Of a DNA stretch of 35,988 bases, positions 10,518 through 19,993 are shown piece after piece (within the stretch, counting starts at the first letter, position 1; every line of letters starts with the position of its first letter). Source of the DNA: Myxococcota bacterium (GTDB taxonomy: Bacteria > Myxococcota_A > UBA796 > GCA-2862545); assembly GCA_039208735.1 (NCBI GenBank), contig JBCCQY010000093.1, forward strand, positions 1 through 35,988, read 5' to 3'. The translations under genes were made by a program, and so were the position numbers. A model generated the notes under the pieces. The model saw only the letters and a program-made list of their open reading frames with translations, did not search any database and was not told the DNA's origin.

Positions 10518-10583
10518 CAGTACCGGGGGGTGGGCACAGTCGCATCATCCAGGTAGACTCCGAGTCTTGGCAGAGGAGAGCAC

Positions 10584-12008
10584 GTGCCACGGCTGGAGGG
10601 TTTTGAACCGGCAGACATTCCAGGACCCAAGCCCCTTCCCCTGGTCGGTACTCGGATGCGGCAGCGCCGGTTCCTCGAAGACCCGGTCGGGGCGGTCCTC
10701 GAGCTGCGGACGCACGGCGATGTGGTGGCGCTTGTGGACCAAGACCCAGCCATCGTGTGTGCGTTCGGGGAGCGCGTTCGTGAGGTGCTGACCGACCCCG
10801 AGCGCTTCCGACACGATGAGGAGACCCCCGGCCGACCCGGAAGCCTAGTCGCAACCTTGCTTGGCCACACCCTGCCGGTGCTCAATGGGGCTCCCCATGC
10901 GCGCCACCGTCAGCTGATGAGCCGTGCCTTCGACCGGTCGGCCGTCGAAGGCTACGCCGAAGACCTCATCGAACTCGGTGCCCAACTCGTACGTCGATGG
11001 CCCCTCGAAGGGTTCGTGAAGGCCGATGACCTGTGCCGCGAGTTGGTCCTCGCGGTCACGCTGAAGTGCCTGTACGGCGTCGACGTCACAGCGGGCCCCA
11101 CGGAGCTAGGGCGCCTGGCCGCAACCCTGTTCGACGTTCAGGGCAATCCACACCCTCCGGTGCTTCCCGAGGTGCCCATTCCCGGGCTGCCCTACCGACA
11201 CACCCACCTCATCGCGAAGCAACTCAAGAAGCTCCTCGGTGCGCTGATCGACCATCGGCGGTCCCCACCGGGGTCGCCAAGGGATGCTCTGGCCCGATTG
11301 GTTTCCGCGAGTCATCGCGAGGGCCCGTTCGATGAAGACGAACTCATCGGTCAGGCCGCCACGTTGTTCCTTGGCAGTCACGCCACCATCTCCATGGCGG
11401 TGTCGTGGACGTTGCTGCTGCTTGACCAGCATCCCGAACGACTCGAGGCCATCCAGGCCGAAATCGACCGGGTACTCGACGAGCGGGACCCCACGCTCGC
11501 GGACCTCCCTCAGCTTGGAAAACTCGACCGAGCGATCAAGGAGACGCTGCGCATTGTTCCGGTGGTTCCCGTATTGTTCTTCCGGGTCACCCGCGAAGCG
11601 GTGACGCTCGGCGGCAAGAACCTGCCCGCAGAGGCCAACGTGGTGGTCAGTCCACTGGCCGTGCACCACGACGAAGCGCGCTTTCCCGATCCGCAACGCT
11701 TCGATCCAGACCGATGGTTCGACCTGCATCCCGACCCCTTCGACTACCTTCCCTACGGTGCGGGTCCGCGAGCTTGCGTCGGGCATGCCTTCGCCAAGGT
11801 TGCCGTGCCGCTCTTGCTCGCGATGATTCTGCAGCATCGGCGTCTGCGCACCCAACCCGGCGCCCGCATCGACCGCCTCACGCGGGGCCACGTCATGGGC
11901 TTCAAGCATGGTTTACCCATGCGCATCAGCCGTCCCAAGGACCCCACCGATCCGGCTCGCCGCATTCGTGGCGACATCCACCAACTCGTGACGTTGCCGG
12001 CCAGTTGA
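10584..12008 (+). CDS. Cytochrome P450
   Basis: ExxR 'KETLR', 'FPDPQRFDPDRW', heme ligand 'YLPYGAGPRACVG'; GAGGAG before the GTG start. Confidence 0.95.
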   Translation: MPRLEGFEPADIPGPKPLPLVGTRMRQRRFLEDPVGAVLELRTHGDVVALVDQDPAIVCAFGERVREVLTDPERFRHDEETPGRPGSLVATLLGHTLPVLNGAPHARHRQLMSRAFDRSAVEGYAEDLIELGAQLVRRWPLEGFVKADDLCRELVLAVTLKCLYGVDVTAGPTELGRLAATLFDVQGNPHPPVLPEVPIPGLPYRHTHLIAKQLKKLLGALIDHRRSPPGSPRDALARLVSASHREGPFDEDELIGQAATLFLGSHATISMAVSWTLLLLDQHPERLEAIQAEIDRVLDERDPTLADLPQLGKLDRAIKETLRIVPVVPVLFFRVTREAVTLGGKNLPAEANVVVSPLAVHHDEARFPDPQRFDPDRWFDLHPDPFDYLPYGAGPRACVGHAFAKVAVPLLLAMILQHRRLRTQPGARIDRLTRGHVMGFKHGLPMRISRPKDPTDPARRIRGDIHQLVTLPAS

Positions 12009-12026
12009 CCTGCCGCGGAGACCCTC

Positions 12027-13475
12027 ATGGCGCTACCCTTCTCGCTCCGCCCGCAGCCCATCGGGGATGACCTTGGCATCCCAACCGAACCCCCTCGACA
12101 ACGGCCACTATTCGGCTCGCGCCTGCGACGATTGGTCCCGTACGGGGTTGTCGCCGTGGGGGTGGGGCTCGTCCTCAACGCGGTAGGCATCCAAGTGGGC
12201 ATGACGTTCGCGCCAACCCCGGCTGACACCGGACCCTTGCACGCCTGGCTCCCCGCCATTTTGGCCTCGGGCGGCTTGCTTCAGATCCTGACGGGCTTCG
12301 TGTGGCGAGCCGGACGCCAGGATGTGGCTTTGTGGCTCATGCTGATGGCGTGGTTCGCGGTCGTGGTCGGAGCGCAGGTGGTGGGCACCGCCTCCTCGAT
12401 GGCCATCGCCGCGTTTGCTTACGGGGCGGCGATTCTCGTTTCGGTGCTGTTCGAAAGGCCCGCCAACGTCCTTCGTGTCGGGGTCTTCGCCGCGTGCGCG
12501 TGGTTCAGCGGGCTCCTGCTTCGGTACCTCCTGACGGGGGACTGGGTGGGCGAAGACGGCTCCTCGGCGGTAACGTTGGCCATCGTGCCGCCCTTGGTCT
12601 TCTTCGGGCTCGCGAAGCTCGTCGAGGTGACCCTTCGCGCCGCCCAGAACACGCTGCTCGAGCTCGACCGGGCCATGCAATCGCTCGAGCACTACAACGA
12701 AGCGCTGGTGCAAGCTCGCGATCAGGCCGAGTCCGCGAACCGCGCCAAATCCACCTTCCTCGCCAGCATGAGCCACGAGCTGCGCACGCCACTAAACGCC
12801 ATCATCGGCTACAGCGAGCTCGTGCTCGAAAGCCCCGAGGATGTCCAGGGCGTCCAAAAAGACATCACCCAGGTCCACATGGCAGGGCGGCACTTGTTGT
12901 CGCTCGTCAATGACGTACTCGACATGTCGGCCATCGAGGCCGGTAAGATGGAGCTCGCCCTCGAAGAGGTCCGCATTGAGGAGCTGCTCGAAGGCATCGT
13001 CGCGTCGGTCCAACCGCTGGTAGGACGCCGCAACAACACGCTCGAGACGGTGCTCGACCCTGACCTTCAGTCGGTCTGGGTCGACCCGCTTCGCCTCCGC
13101 CAAGTGGTCATCAACCTGGTGAGCAATGCAGCAAAGTTCACCGAGAACGGCCAGATTGGATTGCGCGCACGCAAGGCAGGCCGCGGGTGTGCCATCGACG
13201 TCGAAGACACCGGCCCAGGCATCGCGGACAACCAGATCGGAAGCATCTTCGAGCCCTTCGTCCGAGAGGGTCACGTCACCCAACGTCAGCCGGGCACGGG
13301 CCTTGGCCTCTCCATTGCTCGCGATCTCGTCCAGTTGATGGGCGGCCGCATTGCGGTCGAAAGCGAGGTGGGTGTGGGCACACGATTCACGGTGTGGCTG
13401 CCCTCGCGCCGACCGGCTCAGACCACGGTGCGGAGCACGCCGCGGTCCCTCAATCCGTCGTCGCTCGTCCCCTAG
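12027..13475 (+). CDS. Membrane sensor histidine kinase without a receiver domain
   Basis: Several N-terminal TM segments; H-box 'FLASMSHELRTPLNAIIGY', N-box 'NLVSNAAKFT', 'DTGPGI', 'GTGLGLSI'. Confidence 0.93.
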   Translation: MALPFSLRPQPIGDDLGIPTEPPRQRPLFGSRLRRLVPYGVVAVGVGLVLNAVGIQVGMTFAPTPADTGPLHAWLPAILASGGLLQILTGFVWRAGRQDVALWLMLMAWFAVVVGAQVVGTASSMAIAAFAYGAAILVSVLFERPANVLRVGVFAACAWFSGLLLRYLLTGDWVGEDGSSAVTLAIVPPLVFFGLAKLVEVTLRAAQNTLLELDRAMQSLEHYNEALVQARDQAESANRAKSTFLASMSHELRTPLNAIIGYSELVLESPEDVQGVQKDITQVHMAGRHLLSLVNDVLDMSAIEAGKMELALEEVRIEELLEGIVASVQPLVGRRNNTLETVLDPDLQSVWVDPLRLRQVVINLVSNAAKFTENGQIGLRARKAGRGCAIDVEDTGPGIADNQIGSIFEPFVREGHVTQRQPGTGLGLSIARDLVQLMGGRIAVESEVGVGTRFTVWLPSRRPAQTTVRSTPRSLNPSSLVP

Positions 13476-13527
13476 GCAAGAAAAGGCTTGCCCCAACCTG
13501 GCCAACGGGACGTCACCATGGCCTCGG

Positions 13528-14130
13528 TCATCGGGCGGGACCTCCGGCGGTGGTCCACAGCTCGATCAGGTCGTTGGGTAAGGGGCTTTCGAACGCGAGC
13601 GGCGCGCCCGTTTTGGGATGGGCCAACCGCAGGGCAAAGGCATGCAGGGCAAGCCTCGGCCACCGTCGAGCTGCATCTCCGCCATACCGCCGGTCGCCAC
13701 ACATCGGAAACCCGGCCATCGCGGCGTGGACCCGCAGTTGATGCTTACGCCCGGTCGTAGGCCAGCACTCCACCGCGGCGCAACCCCGCTCCTGGCCCAC
13801 CGGAACGACCCGAGTGGTGGCCTTTCGACCGTCCACGGGCCACGACCAGTCCGTCTCGTATAGGCCCGTACCCGCGAGCACCGCCCGGTAGCCGCGCTCC
13901 ACCGCATGACGGCGAAACGCCTCGGTCAACGTTGCATTCACCGTCGGGTTGATCGAGAACAGAAGGAGTCCCGAAGCAACGGTGTCGAGGCGATGCAACA
14001 GGGCGGCCCGGGGCCACTGCGCACGGACCTCGTCAAAAGCGTTGGGACCGCCGCCCCGAGGCGCTTGGCTCGGCAAGCCAAACGGTTTGTCGATCACCAC
14101 GATCGACGGGTCTTCGTAGCAGACGACCAC
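13528..14130 (-). CDS. RluA-family RNA pseudouridine synthase
   Basis: 'VIDKPFGL', catalytic 'HRLD', 'TGRKHQLRVH', 'GDRRYG', 'LALHA..L...HP'. Confidence 0.92.
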   Translation of the reverse strand: MVVCYEDPSIVVIDKPFGLPSQAPRGGGPNAFDEVRAQWPRAALLHRLDTVASGLLLFSINPTVNATLTEAFRRHAVERGYRAVLAGTGLYETDWSWPVDGRKATTRVVPVGQERGCAAVECWPTTGRKHQLRVHAAMAGFPMCGDRRYGGDAARRWPRLALHAFALRLAHPKTGAPLAFESPLPNDLIELWTTAGGPAR

Positions 14131-14337
14131 TCAACCGCCGCCCACAGCCCGAAGGATCTCGACCTCGGCCCCCTCGGGGAGTGGAGTCGACCCGTACTCG
14201 CTACGCGGCACGACCCGACGATTCACGGCTACGGCGAGCCCCGACCGACGGTCGGCAAGCTTCAGCTGCTCCAGCAGCTCCTCGACGGTTGCGCCCGCAT
14301 CCAGCGTTCGAGATTCGCCGTTGACCTTCACCGTCAC
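14131..14337 (-). CDS. thiS: Sulfur carrier protein ThiS
   Basis: 68 aa; 'VKVNGE', 'AVAVNRRVVPRS', C-terminal 'VEILRAVGGG'. Confidence 0.9.
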   Translation of the reverse strand: MTVKVNGESRTLDAGATVEELLEQLKLADRRSGLAVAVNRRVVPRSEYGSTPLPEGAEVEILRAVGGG

Positions 14338-14933
14338 GCCACCTCCACGCGATTTTGCAGCGCTCGGGCGAGCGACAGCGCATCTGCGTACTCGATCTCG
14401 GTTCCCACACTGATGCCATGGGCGAGCCGTGTCACTTTCACGGGCAAGGGCTCGAGCACCGAGGCCAGATACAGCGCCGTGGTATCGCCCTGCACATCGG
14501 GATCCATCGCAAGAATCACTTCCGCTACCCGCTTGTCGCGGAGCCGCTCGAGTAAGGGGCGAATCCGAAGCTTGTCGGGGGTGATACCGTCGAGCGGCGA
14601 AATAGCACCGTGAAGCACGTGATAGCGCCCTCGGTAGTCACCGGACCGCTCGAATGCGGCCACGTCTTGGGGTTGCTCCACCACGAGGATGGTCGCTGAG
14701 TTTCGCTTTTCATTCGCACAGATCACACAGGGGTCGCGACTGGTGAGATCACAGCAAATGCTGCACTCCTTCACGCCTTCGTGCAATTGCTGCAGGGCTC
14801 GCGCCAGGTCGGATGCGACCGGGTCGTCGGTTCGAATGAGCCAGTACACGAGCCGCGTGGCCGTTTTCTCCCCGATGCCAGGCAAGCGTCGGAGTTGTCG
14901 GACCGCCTCTCGGAGGGCGTCGGGATCGGCCAT
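14334..14933 (-). CDS. recR: Recombination mediator RecR
   Basis: 'LPGIGEKTATRL', C4 zinc finger 'CSICC.....PCVIC', TOPRIM 'YHVLHGAISPLDG', 'EYADALSL'. Confidence 0.97.
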   Translation of the reverse strand: MADPDALREAVRQLRRLPGIGEKTATRLVYWLIRTDDPVASDLARALQQLHEGVKECSICCDLTSRDPCVICANEKRNSATILVVEQPQDVAAFERSGDYRGRYHVLHGAISPLDGITPDKLRIRPLLERLRDKRVAEVILAMDPDVQGDTTALYLASVLEPLPVKVTRLAHGISVGTEIEYADALSLARALQNRVEVA

Positions 14934-14935
14934 CG

Positions 14936-15262
14936 TCAGAAGTTCAACAGTCCAGGAGGCAGCGGAAGACCACCGGCAAGCTCCTTCATGTTCTCCTGCA
15001 GCTGCTCACGTACTTGACGCAAGGAGTCGGAGGTCGCGGCGCGAACCAAGTCCTCAAGCATTTCCTTGTCATCCATGGCGCCAGCATCGATCTCGACAGC
15101 CTCGACCTGGTAGTCGCCGGTCATCGTGACCTTGACGAGCCCCCCGCCCGCTTCTCCGGTGCAGCGCGCCTCGGTGGCCTTGCGCTTCATGTCTTCCATC
15201 TTCTGCTGCAGACCGCCGAGCATGCCGCTCAATGGGCCGAGGCTATTCGGGTCGAAATCCAT
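14936..15262 (-). CDS. ybaB: YbaB/EbfC nucleoid-associated protein
   Basis: 'GEAGGGLVKVTMTG', 'DKEMLEDLVRAA'; lies between dnaX and recR. Confidence 0.95.
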   Translation of the reverse strand: MDFDPNSLGPLSGMLGGLQQKMEDMKRKATEARCTGEAGGGLVKVTMTGDYQVEAVEIDAGAMDDKEMLEDLVRAATSDSLRQVREQLQENMKELAGGLPLPPGLLNF

Positions 15263-15270
15263 GAGGTCCT

Positions 15271-17034
15271 CTAGGTGTTTTCGTCGCGAAGCGAAGTAAC
15301 GGTATCGATCTCGGCCCCAAGGGCGCGGATGATCCTTTGATAGTCTGGGTCATCGAGCACCTCGCGCTGAAGCGCTTGCTGGTGCTCTTTGGGCGTTCCG
15401 GTGCCGGGCAACGGAGCCGTCTGCAATTTGGCGTGCCCCGAAAAGTGAACGTCGACCGCCCGAGCGACCTCGGGCAACTCCTGCGCCCGTCGCGCCTCGG
15501 CCAACGCCCGGCCCGCGGGCACGCGAATGGTCAGGGTTCCGTTTTGCCAAAGCGGATCGCCTGCCGCGAGCCGCGCCGCCGGACCCCCAATCTCCTTCAG
15601 CTCTTCAATGAACGTGCCCCAGCGTTCCTTGAACGTCCGTTTGGGCGGCTCTTCTGCCGGAGCGTCTTCGGTGGGTACGGGCCCATCGTAGGGTGGAGGT
15701 TCTAGATCGGAGCCTTCCCTGTCGGACTCCGATGCGTCGCGGGACGACGACGGGCTGCGCTTGGCCGAACGAGGGCTTCGCGGCGAGGCCTGTCCGGTAC
15801 GCGTGGTGTTGCCAGCCGCCGAGGTGCGAGGGGCAGCCCCTCCACGACCCGCCCGAGCCCGGCCTCCCGAGGGCGGGGTGGGCCGACCCGCGCCGCGCTC
15901 GAGCTGTTCAAGGCGCGCCAGCAGCTCCGACACCGGCTGTACCGGCCGTGTCGTCGCGAGGCGAGCCACCGCCATTTCCAACACAATGCGAGGCCGCGCC
16001 GCCCGGGACACCTGGTCGTGAACGTCGAGCAGCGCGTTGAAGATGCGGGTCAGCTGCTCCGTAGGCACCCCGTCGACCATCGACTGCAGCTGCTCGACCT
16101 CTGCCGGCCCCAAATCGAGGTGTTGGCGTGACGACTCCGACAACCCGACCAGGGTGGCATTGCGCACCGTTTCCAACAGATCGCCTGTAAACTGGCTCAT
16201 CTCGTGCCCAAAGTCGTAGACCTTGGCGATGATGCTCAAGCATGCGTCGGGCTGGCCCTTCACCAAGCCCTCGGTGAATTGCCAGAGCAGCGAACGATCG
16301 ATGAGACCGAGCAACTCGGCGGCTCGGGCCTCGTTGACGGAGTCACTTCCGCCAGCGCTGATCACCTTGTCGAGCAAGGACTGCGCGTCGCGCATGCTGC
16401 CTTCGCCAGCCCGAGCGATGAGACGCAACGCCCCTTCCTCGACATTCACCCCCTCGGCGCTCGCAATCTCAGCAAGCCGTTCGGCGACCACCGCGACGGG
16501 CATGCGCTTGAAATCGAACCGCTGCACCCGCGAAAGGATGGTGTCGAGGATGCGATGGGGCTCGGTCGTGGCGAAGATGAACACGACGTGAGGGGGCGGT
16601 TCCTCCAGCGTCTTAAGCAGCGCGTTGAACGCGGCCTTCGACAGCATGTGGACCTCATCCACAAGGTAGATCTTGGAGCGGCCACGCGTCGGAGCGTAGT
16701 GGACGGTCTCGCGAAGGTCGCGAACATCATCAACGCTGTTGTTGGAGGCTCCATCGATCTCGATGAGGTCAGGGCTTGAGCCGGAGGCGATCTCGCGGCA
16801 CGACGCACAAACGCCGCAGGGCGTCGGCGTCGGTCCTTTCTCGCAGTTCAGCGACTTGGCGAGGGCTCGAGCGGCGGTGGTCTTCCCCACCCCCCGAGCG
16901 CCGCAGAACAGGTACGCGTGATGGATGCGGTCGTTGGTGATCGCATTGCGTAAGGTCTGGGTGACGTGGTCCTGGCCTACGATCTCGTCGAAGGTGGCCG
17001 GACGGTATTTGCGAGCGATGGCAAGGTAAGACAC
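15271..17034 (-). CDS. dnaX: DNA polymerase III subunit gamma/tau
   Basis: 'ARKYRP.TF', Walker A 'GARGVGKTT', zinc-binding Cys, 'EIDGASNNSVDDVR', 'DEVHMLS..AFNALLKTLEEPP'. Confidence 0.97.
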   Translation of the reverse strand: MSYLAIARKYRPATFDEIVGQDHVTQTLRNAITNDRIHHAYLFCGARGVGKTTAARALAKSLNCEKGPTPTPCGVCASCREIASGSSPDLIEIDGASNNSVDDVRDLRETVHYAPTRGRSKIYLVDEVHMLSKAAFNALLKTLEEPPPHVVFIFATTEPHRILDTILSRVQRFDFKRMPVAVVAERLAEIASAEGVNVEEGALRLIARAGEGSMRDAQSLLDKVISAGGSDSVNEARAAELLGLIDRSLLWQFTEGLVKGQPDACLSIIAKVYDFGHEMSQFTGDLLETVRNATLVGLSESSRQHLDLGPAEVEQLQSMVDGVPTEQLTRIFNALLDVHDQVSRAARPRIVLEMAVARLATTRPVQPVSELLARLEQLERGAGRPTPPSGGRARAGRGGAAPRTSAAGNTTRTGQASPRSPRSAKRSPSSSRDASESDREGSDLEPPPYDGPVPTEDAPAEEPPKRTFKERWGTFIEELKEIGGPAARLAAGDPLWQNGTLTIRVPAGRALAEARRAQELPEVARAVDVHFSGHAKLQTAPLPGTGTPKEHQQALQREVLDDPDYQRIIRALGAEIDTVTSLRDENT

Positions 17035-17105
17035 GCGCGCGATTCTCCCGGCGCCCGCGAGAGCGCGGGCGTTTCACCGAACCGACTCGTAACCCGGACT
17101 CCCCC

Positions 17106-17627
17106 GTGCTCCCCGTCCTGACCACCGAACGCCTGACTCTCCGTCCGTGGACCCTCGACGACACGCCCGCCGCGTATCGGTTGTACGGCGATGCTGACGT
17201 CACACGATTCATCGGAGGCGACACCGCGGCAACCCTTGAGGAAGCCCGCGAGCAGCTCAAACAGCGGATCGCAAAGACGGCCACCTACGCCGATGGATTG
17301 GGAGCCTGGGCCGTGCTCTTCGAAGGCGAGGTCGTAGGCACGGGGCTGCTGAAGCCCCTTCCCGATGCGCAGCGCGTCCCGACCGCCGACATCGAGGTGG
17401 GTTGGCACTTAGCGCGTGCGTTCTGGGGTCGAGGCTTCGCGACGGAAGTGGGCCGGCGCCTGCTGCAGCTTGGTGTCGATGATCACGGGCTCACCGACAT
17501 TCATGCCGTGGTCGAACCTCCCAACCACGCTTCGAAACGCGTCGCCGAACGCATTGGCCTCACCCCTGTAGGCCAGACCGACGCCTACTACGGCCTACTC
17601 CTCGATCACTTTCGATTACGGCCCTAG
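17106..17627 (+). CDS. GNAT N-acetyltransferase (RimJ/RimL type)
   Basis: 'LTTERLTLRP', 'IEVGWHL...FWGRGFATE', 'N.AS.RVAERIG'. Confidence 0.9.
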   Translation: MLPVLTTERLTLRPWTLDDTPAAYRLYGDADVTRFIGGDTAATLEEAREQLKQRIAKTATYADGLGAWAVLFEGEVVGTGLLKPLPDAQRVPTADIEVGWHLARAFWGRGFATEVGRRLLQLGVDDHGLTDIHAVVEPPNHASKRVAERIGLTPVGQTDAYYGLLLDHFRLRP

Positions 17628-19420
17628 AACGACCGGAGCCAGGAATCCAGGACAAACAAGGTCCAAAGGCGAAAGCCGGCCGCATTGGAGCGCGTAACAT
17701 CGGCCCGCAGCTTTTCGATGGCGTCCGCCTGCCAAAGCCCAAATGGGTCATCGAGAAGCTGACGGACCCGGCTCTCCATGAAGAGTCGGCCCGGTCCGGC
17801 GAGCCACATCCCGGGCGGTGTGGGCAAGCTGCGCTTCGGCCGGTCGACAAGCACCGGAGGCAGGACCCCGGCGAGCATGCCCCGCAGGGGCCATCGGGTG
17901 TGCAACGAACCCGACACCCGACGGACCTTCGATGCACCCGGCAGGGCGACCGCCGCCTTCACGACATCGGCATCGAGCAGCGGAAAGCGGACATCGAGCC
18001 CCGCTGCAGCTGCTGTCCGTTCCGCCCGAGGAAGGGCGCGCTCCGCCAGCGTCGAGCGTAGCAGTCCGTGCAAGACGAGGTTCACCGGATCGGTCTCGAC
18101 ATCGACGTACCAAGGCTCGAGGACCCGTTGACGGATGCCCGGACGCACCAAGCCAGAATCGCGAAGCAACCGGGTCCGCTCTTCGACCGAAAACAGACTC
18201 GCCCCGCCTAATCCTAGTTTCAGGGCGTAATCGCGTGGGGCGGTGACCAAGCGACGCCCCCCAGGATTACGCCCAATCCACTTGGACAACGGCTCCCGCA
18301 CCATTTTGGGCAGTTGCTGGAACCAGCCGGCGAGCCTCAGGTCGCGCGCCAAGCCATCGAGCTGGCGCCCTCCGAACAACGCCTCACCGCCGTTGCCCGA
18401 CAACACGACCTCAACATGGGCCCGCGTCTGTTGGGCCAAGGCCCGTTGGAGCAGCACGGCAGGGTGCCCGATGGGATGGCCCAGCGTGGAGACGGTGGCA
18501 TCGAACGTCTCGGCCAACGCCGCGGTGCCCACCACCACTTCGTGGTGCTCGAGGCCCATGAGGGTGGCCACCCGCCCGGCAAACGGCGTTTCCGGGTAGG
18601 GATCGTCGGCAAACCCCACGGTGAAGCTGGGCAGGTGGAGGTAGCGCTCCCCCGCCGCGGCGGCGATGACCGAACTCCCCAGCCCGCCCGACAGGTACAG
18701 GCCGGTGGGTTGCGCCTGCGGAATGCGACGCGCTACCGCACGCCCCACGATTCGCTGCAATCGGTCCACCACATCGGTGTCGGGCGGACGCGGGGTGCCC
18801 GGAGGGGCGTAGTTGAGCCACCAGTAGCGTTTGACCTTTCGGTCCGTTCCCTGAGCGACGACCACATTGCCCGCATCGACTTGCTTGACCCCACGGATGA
18901 GCGTCCGCGGTGCATGAACGACCTGAAACGAGAGGTACTCGGCCAATCGAGACCGATCGAGTTCCGTCGGTACCCACGACACCGAGAGCAGCGCAGGCAG
19001 CTCCGACGCAAAAGCCAGGCGTCCCCCGCGGTCGCACCAAAACAACGGCCGTGTGCCCAGCCCATCCCGGGCGAGCACCAATTGCTCGGTCTGGCGGTCC
19101 CAAACCGCCAGGGCAAATTCGCCCTCGAGCCGGTCGAGCGCCGCCAAACCAAACCGGCCGAAGGCCACGTCCACGATCTGCGCGGGGGTCGGCACCGCCA
19201 CGTCATCAAGGGTCGGACCCCACAACGTCCCGTTCACCATCACGACCCGTTCCGCGCCAATGTGCGCATCCGGGGCGAACACCGCCGGACCTTCGGCGAA
19301 GGCGTTGACGGCCTCGTCGAGCCCTGGCGAACGATGCCGCTGCCGGGCCATTATCGCCCGCACCTCAGGAATGCCTGGTGGATCGCCCTGAAAATGGACG
19401 ATCCCCGCAAGGCCTCCCAT
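17624..19420 (-). CDS. Asparagine synthetase B-like protein with degenerate catalytic motifs
   Basis: AsnB fold motifs 'GEFALAVWD', 'LARDGLGTRPL', 'FASEL', 'LSG.GG..LFGG', 'RFPLLD', 'RPK'. However, it starts MGGLAG (no Cys) and the PP-loop reads SGGLGSS. Confidence 0.85.
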   Translation of the reverse strand: MGGLAGIVHFQGDPPGIPEVRAIMARQRHRSPGLDEAVNAFAEGPAVFAPDAHIGAERVVMVNGTLWGPTLDDVAVPTPAQIVDVAFGRFGLAALDRLEGEFALAVWDRQTEQLVLARDGLGTRPLFWCDRGGRLAFASELPALLSVSWVPTELDRSRLAEYLSFQVVHAPRTLIRGVKQVDAGNVVVAQGTDRKVKRYWWLNYAPPGTPRPPDTDVVDRLQRIVGRAVARRIPQAQPTGLYLSGGLGSSVIAAAAGERYLHLPSFTVGFADDPYPETPFAGRVATLMGLEHHEVVVGTAALAETFDATVSTLGHPIGHPAVLLQRALAQQTRAHVEVVLSGNGGEALFGGRQLDGLARDLRLAGWFQQLPKMVREPLSKWIGRNPGGRRLVTAPRDYALKLGLGGASLFSVEERTRLLRDSGLVRPGIRQRVLEPWYVDVETDPVNLVLHGLLRSTLAERALPRAERTAAAAGLDVRFPLLDADVVKAAVALPGASKVRRVSGSLHTRWPLRGMLAGVLPPVLVDRPKRSLPTPPGMWLAGPGRLFMESRVRQLLDDPFGLWQADAIEKLRADVTRSNAAGFRLWTLFVLDSWLRSF

Positions 19421-19986
19421 CAGCGCCGACCCCGCCCCTTGCGACGTCCCTGCGGCGGAGGTCCCTTGCGCGGCCGACTACCCCGCGAAGGGGCGACCTG
19501 CCCAGAGGCCGCCTGGCCCTTCGGAAGGTAGACGCCGCGCGGTTCGAGCGAAAACGGAGAGCCCGAGACGATCATGTTGCGACCGAAGATGCCGAGCACA
19601 AAGGCGAGCACGGTGAGTCCGAACGCCGCGGGCGACGTCGTGGGCAGGGTGATGGCATCACCTTCGTCCGGTTCGATGACGAAGCTAAGCGAAAACCTCT
19701 CTTTCCGGGTCTCGGGGAGCACCGCGTCAGGCTCGTTGGGCACGATGCGGAACTCGTCGTTCGGCAGATTGAGCTTTCGAACTACGTTTGCCGGCCAGCG
19801 TCGGATGAACCCATCCTCCGATGAGGGCTCCACGATGAGCACCTCGTAGGAACTGGGATCTTCGGTGCGGGCCGGAAACACCGACACCGCGGTGCCATAC
19901 CAAGCGGTAAAGAAGTCACTCGCGGCCAGGAACACCAGCACGCAAAGCGGAACAATGACCGCGATAAAGGCGACCAGCGACCTCAT
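19420..19986 (-). CDS. Hypothetical membrane protein (two TM segments, basic C-terminal tail)
   Basis: Hydrophobic N-terminus and 'AFGLTVLAFVLGIFG'; stop overlaps the asnB-like start (TGATG). Confidence 0.7.
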   Translation of the reverse strand: MRSLVAFIAVIVPLCVLVFLAASDFFTAWYGTAVSVFPARTEDPSSYEVLIVEPSSEDGFIRRWPANVVRKLNLPNDEFRIVPNEPDAVLPETRKERFSLSFVIEPDEGDAITLPTTSPAAFGLTVLAFVLGIFGRNMIVSGSPFSLEPRGVYLPKGQAASGQVAPSRGSRPRKGPPPQGRRKGRGRR

Positions 19987-19993
19987 GCATCCC

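Noticed and set aside
13475..13492. GGCAAG/CTTGCC hairpin between the convergent kinase and rluA
   Set aside because: A 6-bp stem without a U-tract is too weak to call a terminator.
15271..17034. Programmed frameshift in dnaX, or an SRP RNA upstream
   Set aside because: I saw no A-AAA-AAG or long A run by eye. The 71-nt upstream gap holds only a GC hairpin (17052-17071) and lacks the SRP core motif.
17624..19420. Lasso peptide cyclase interpretation of the Cys-less AsnB
   Set aside because: No B1/B2 (RRE, transglutaminase-like peptidase) or precursor gene is visible, and the ATP-binding Asp is also lost.
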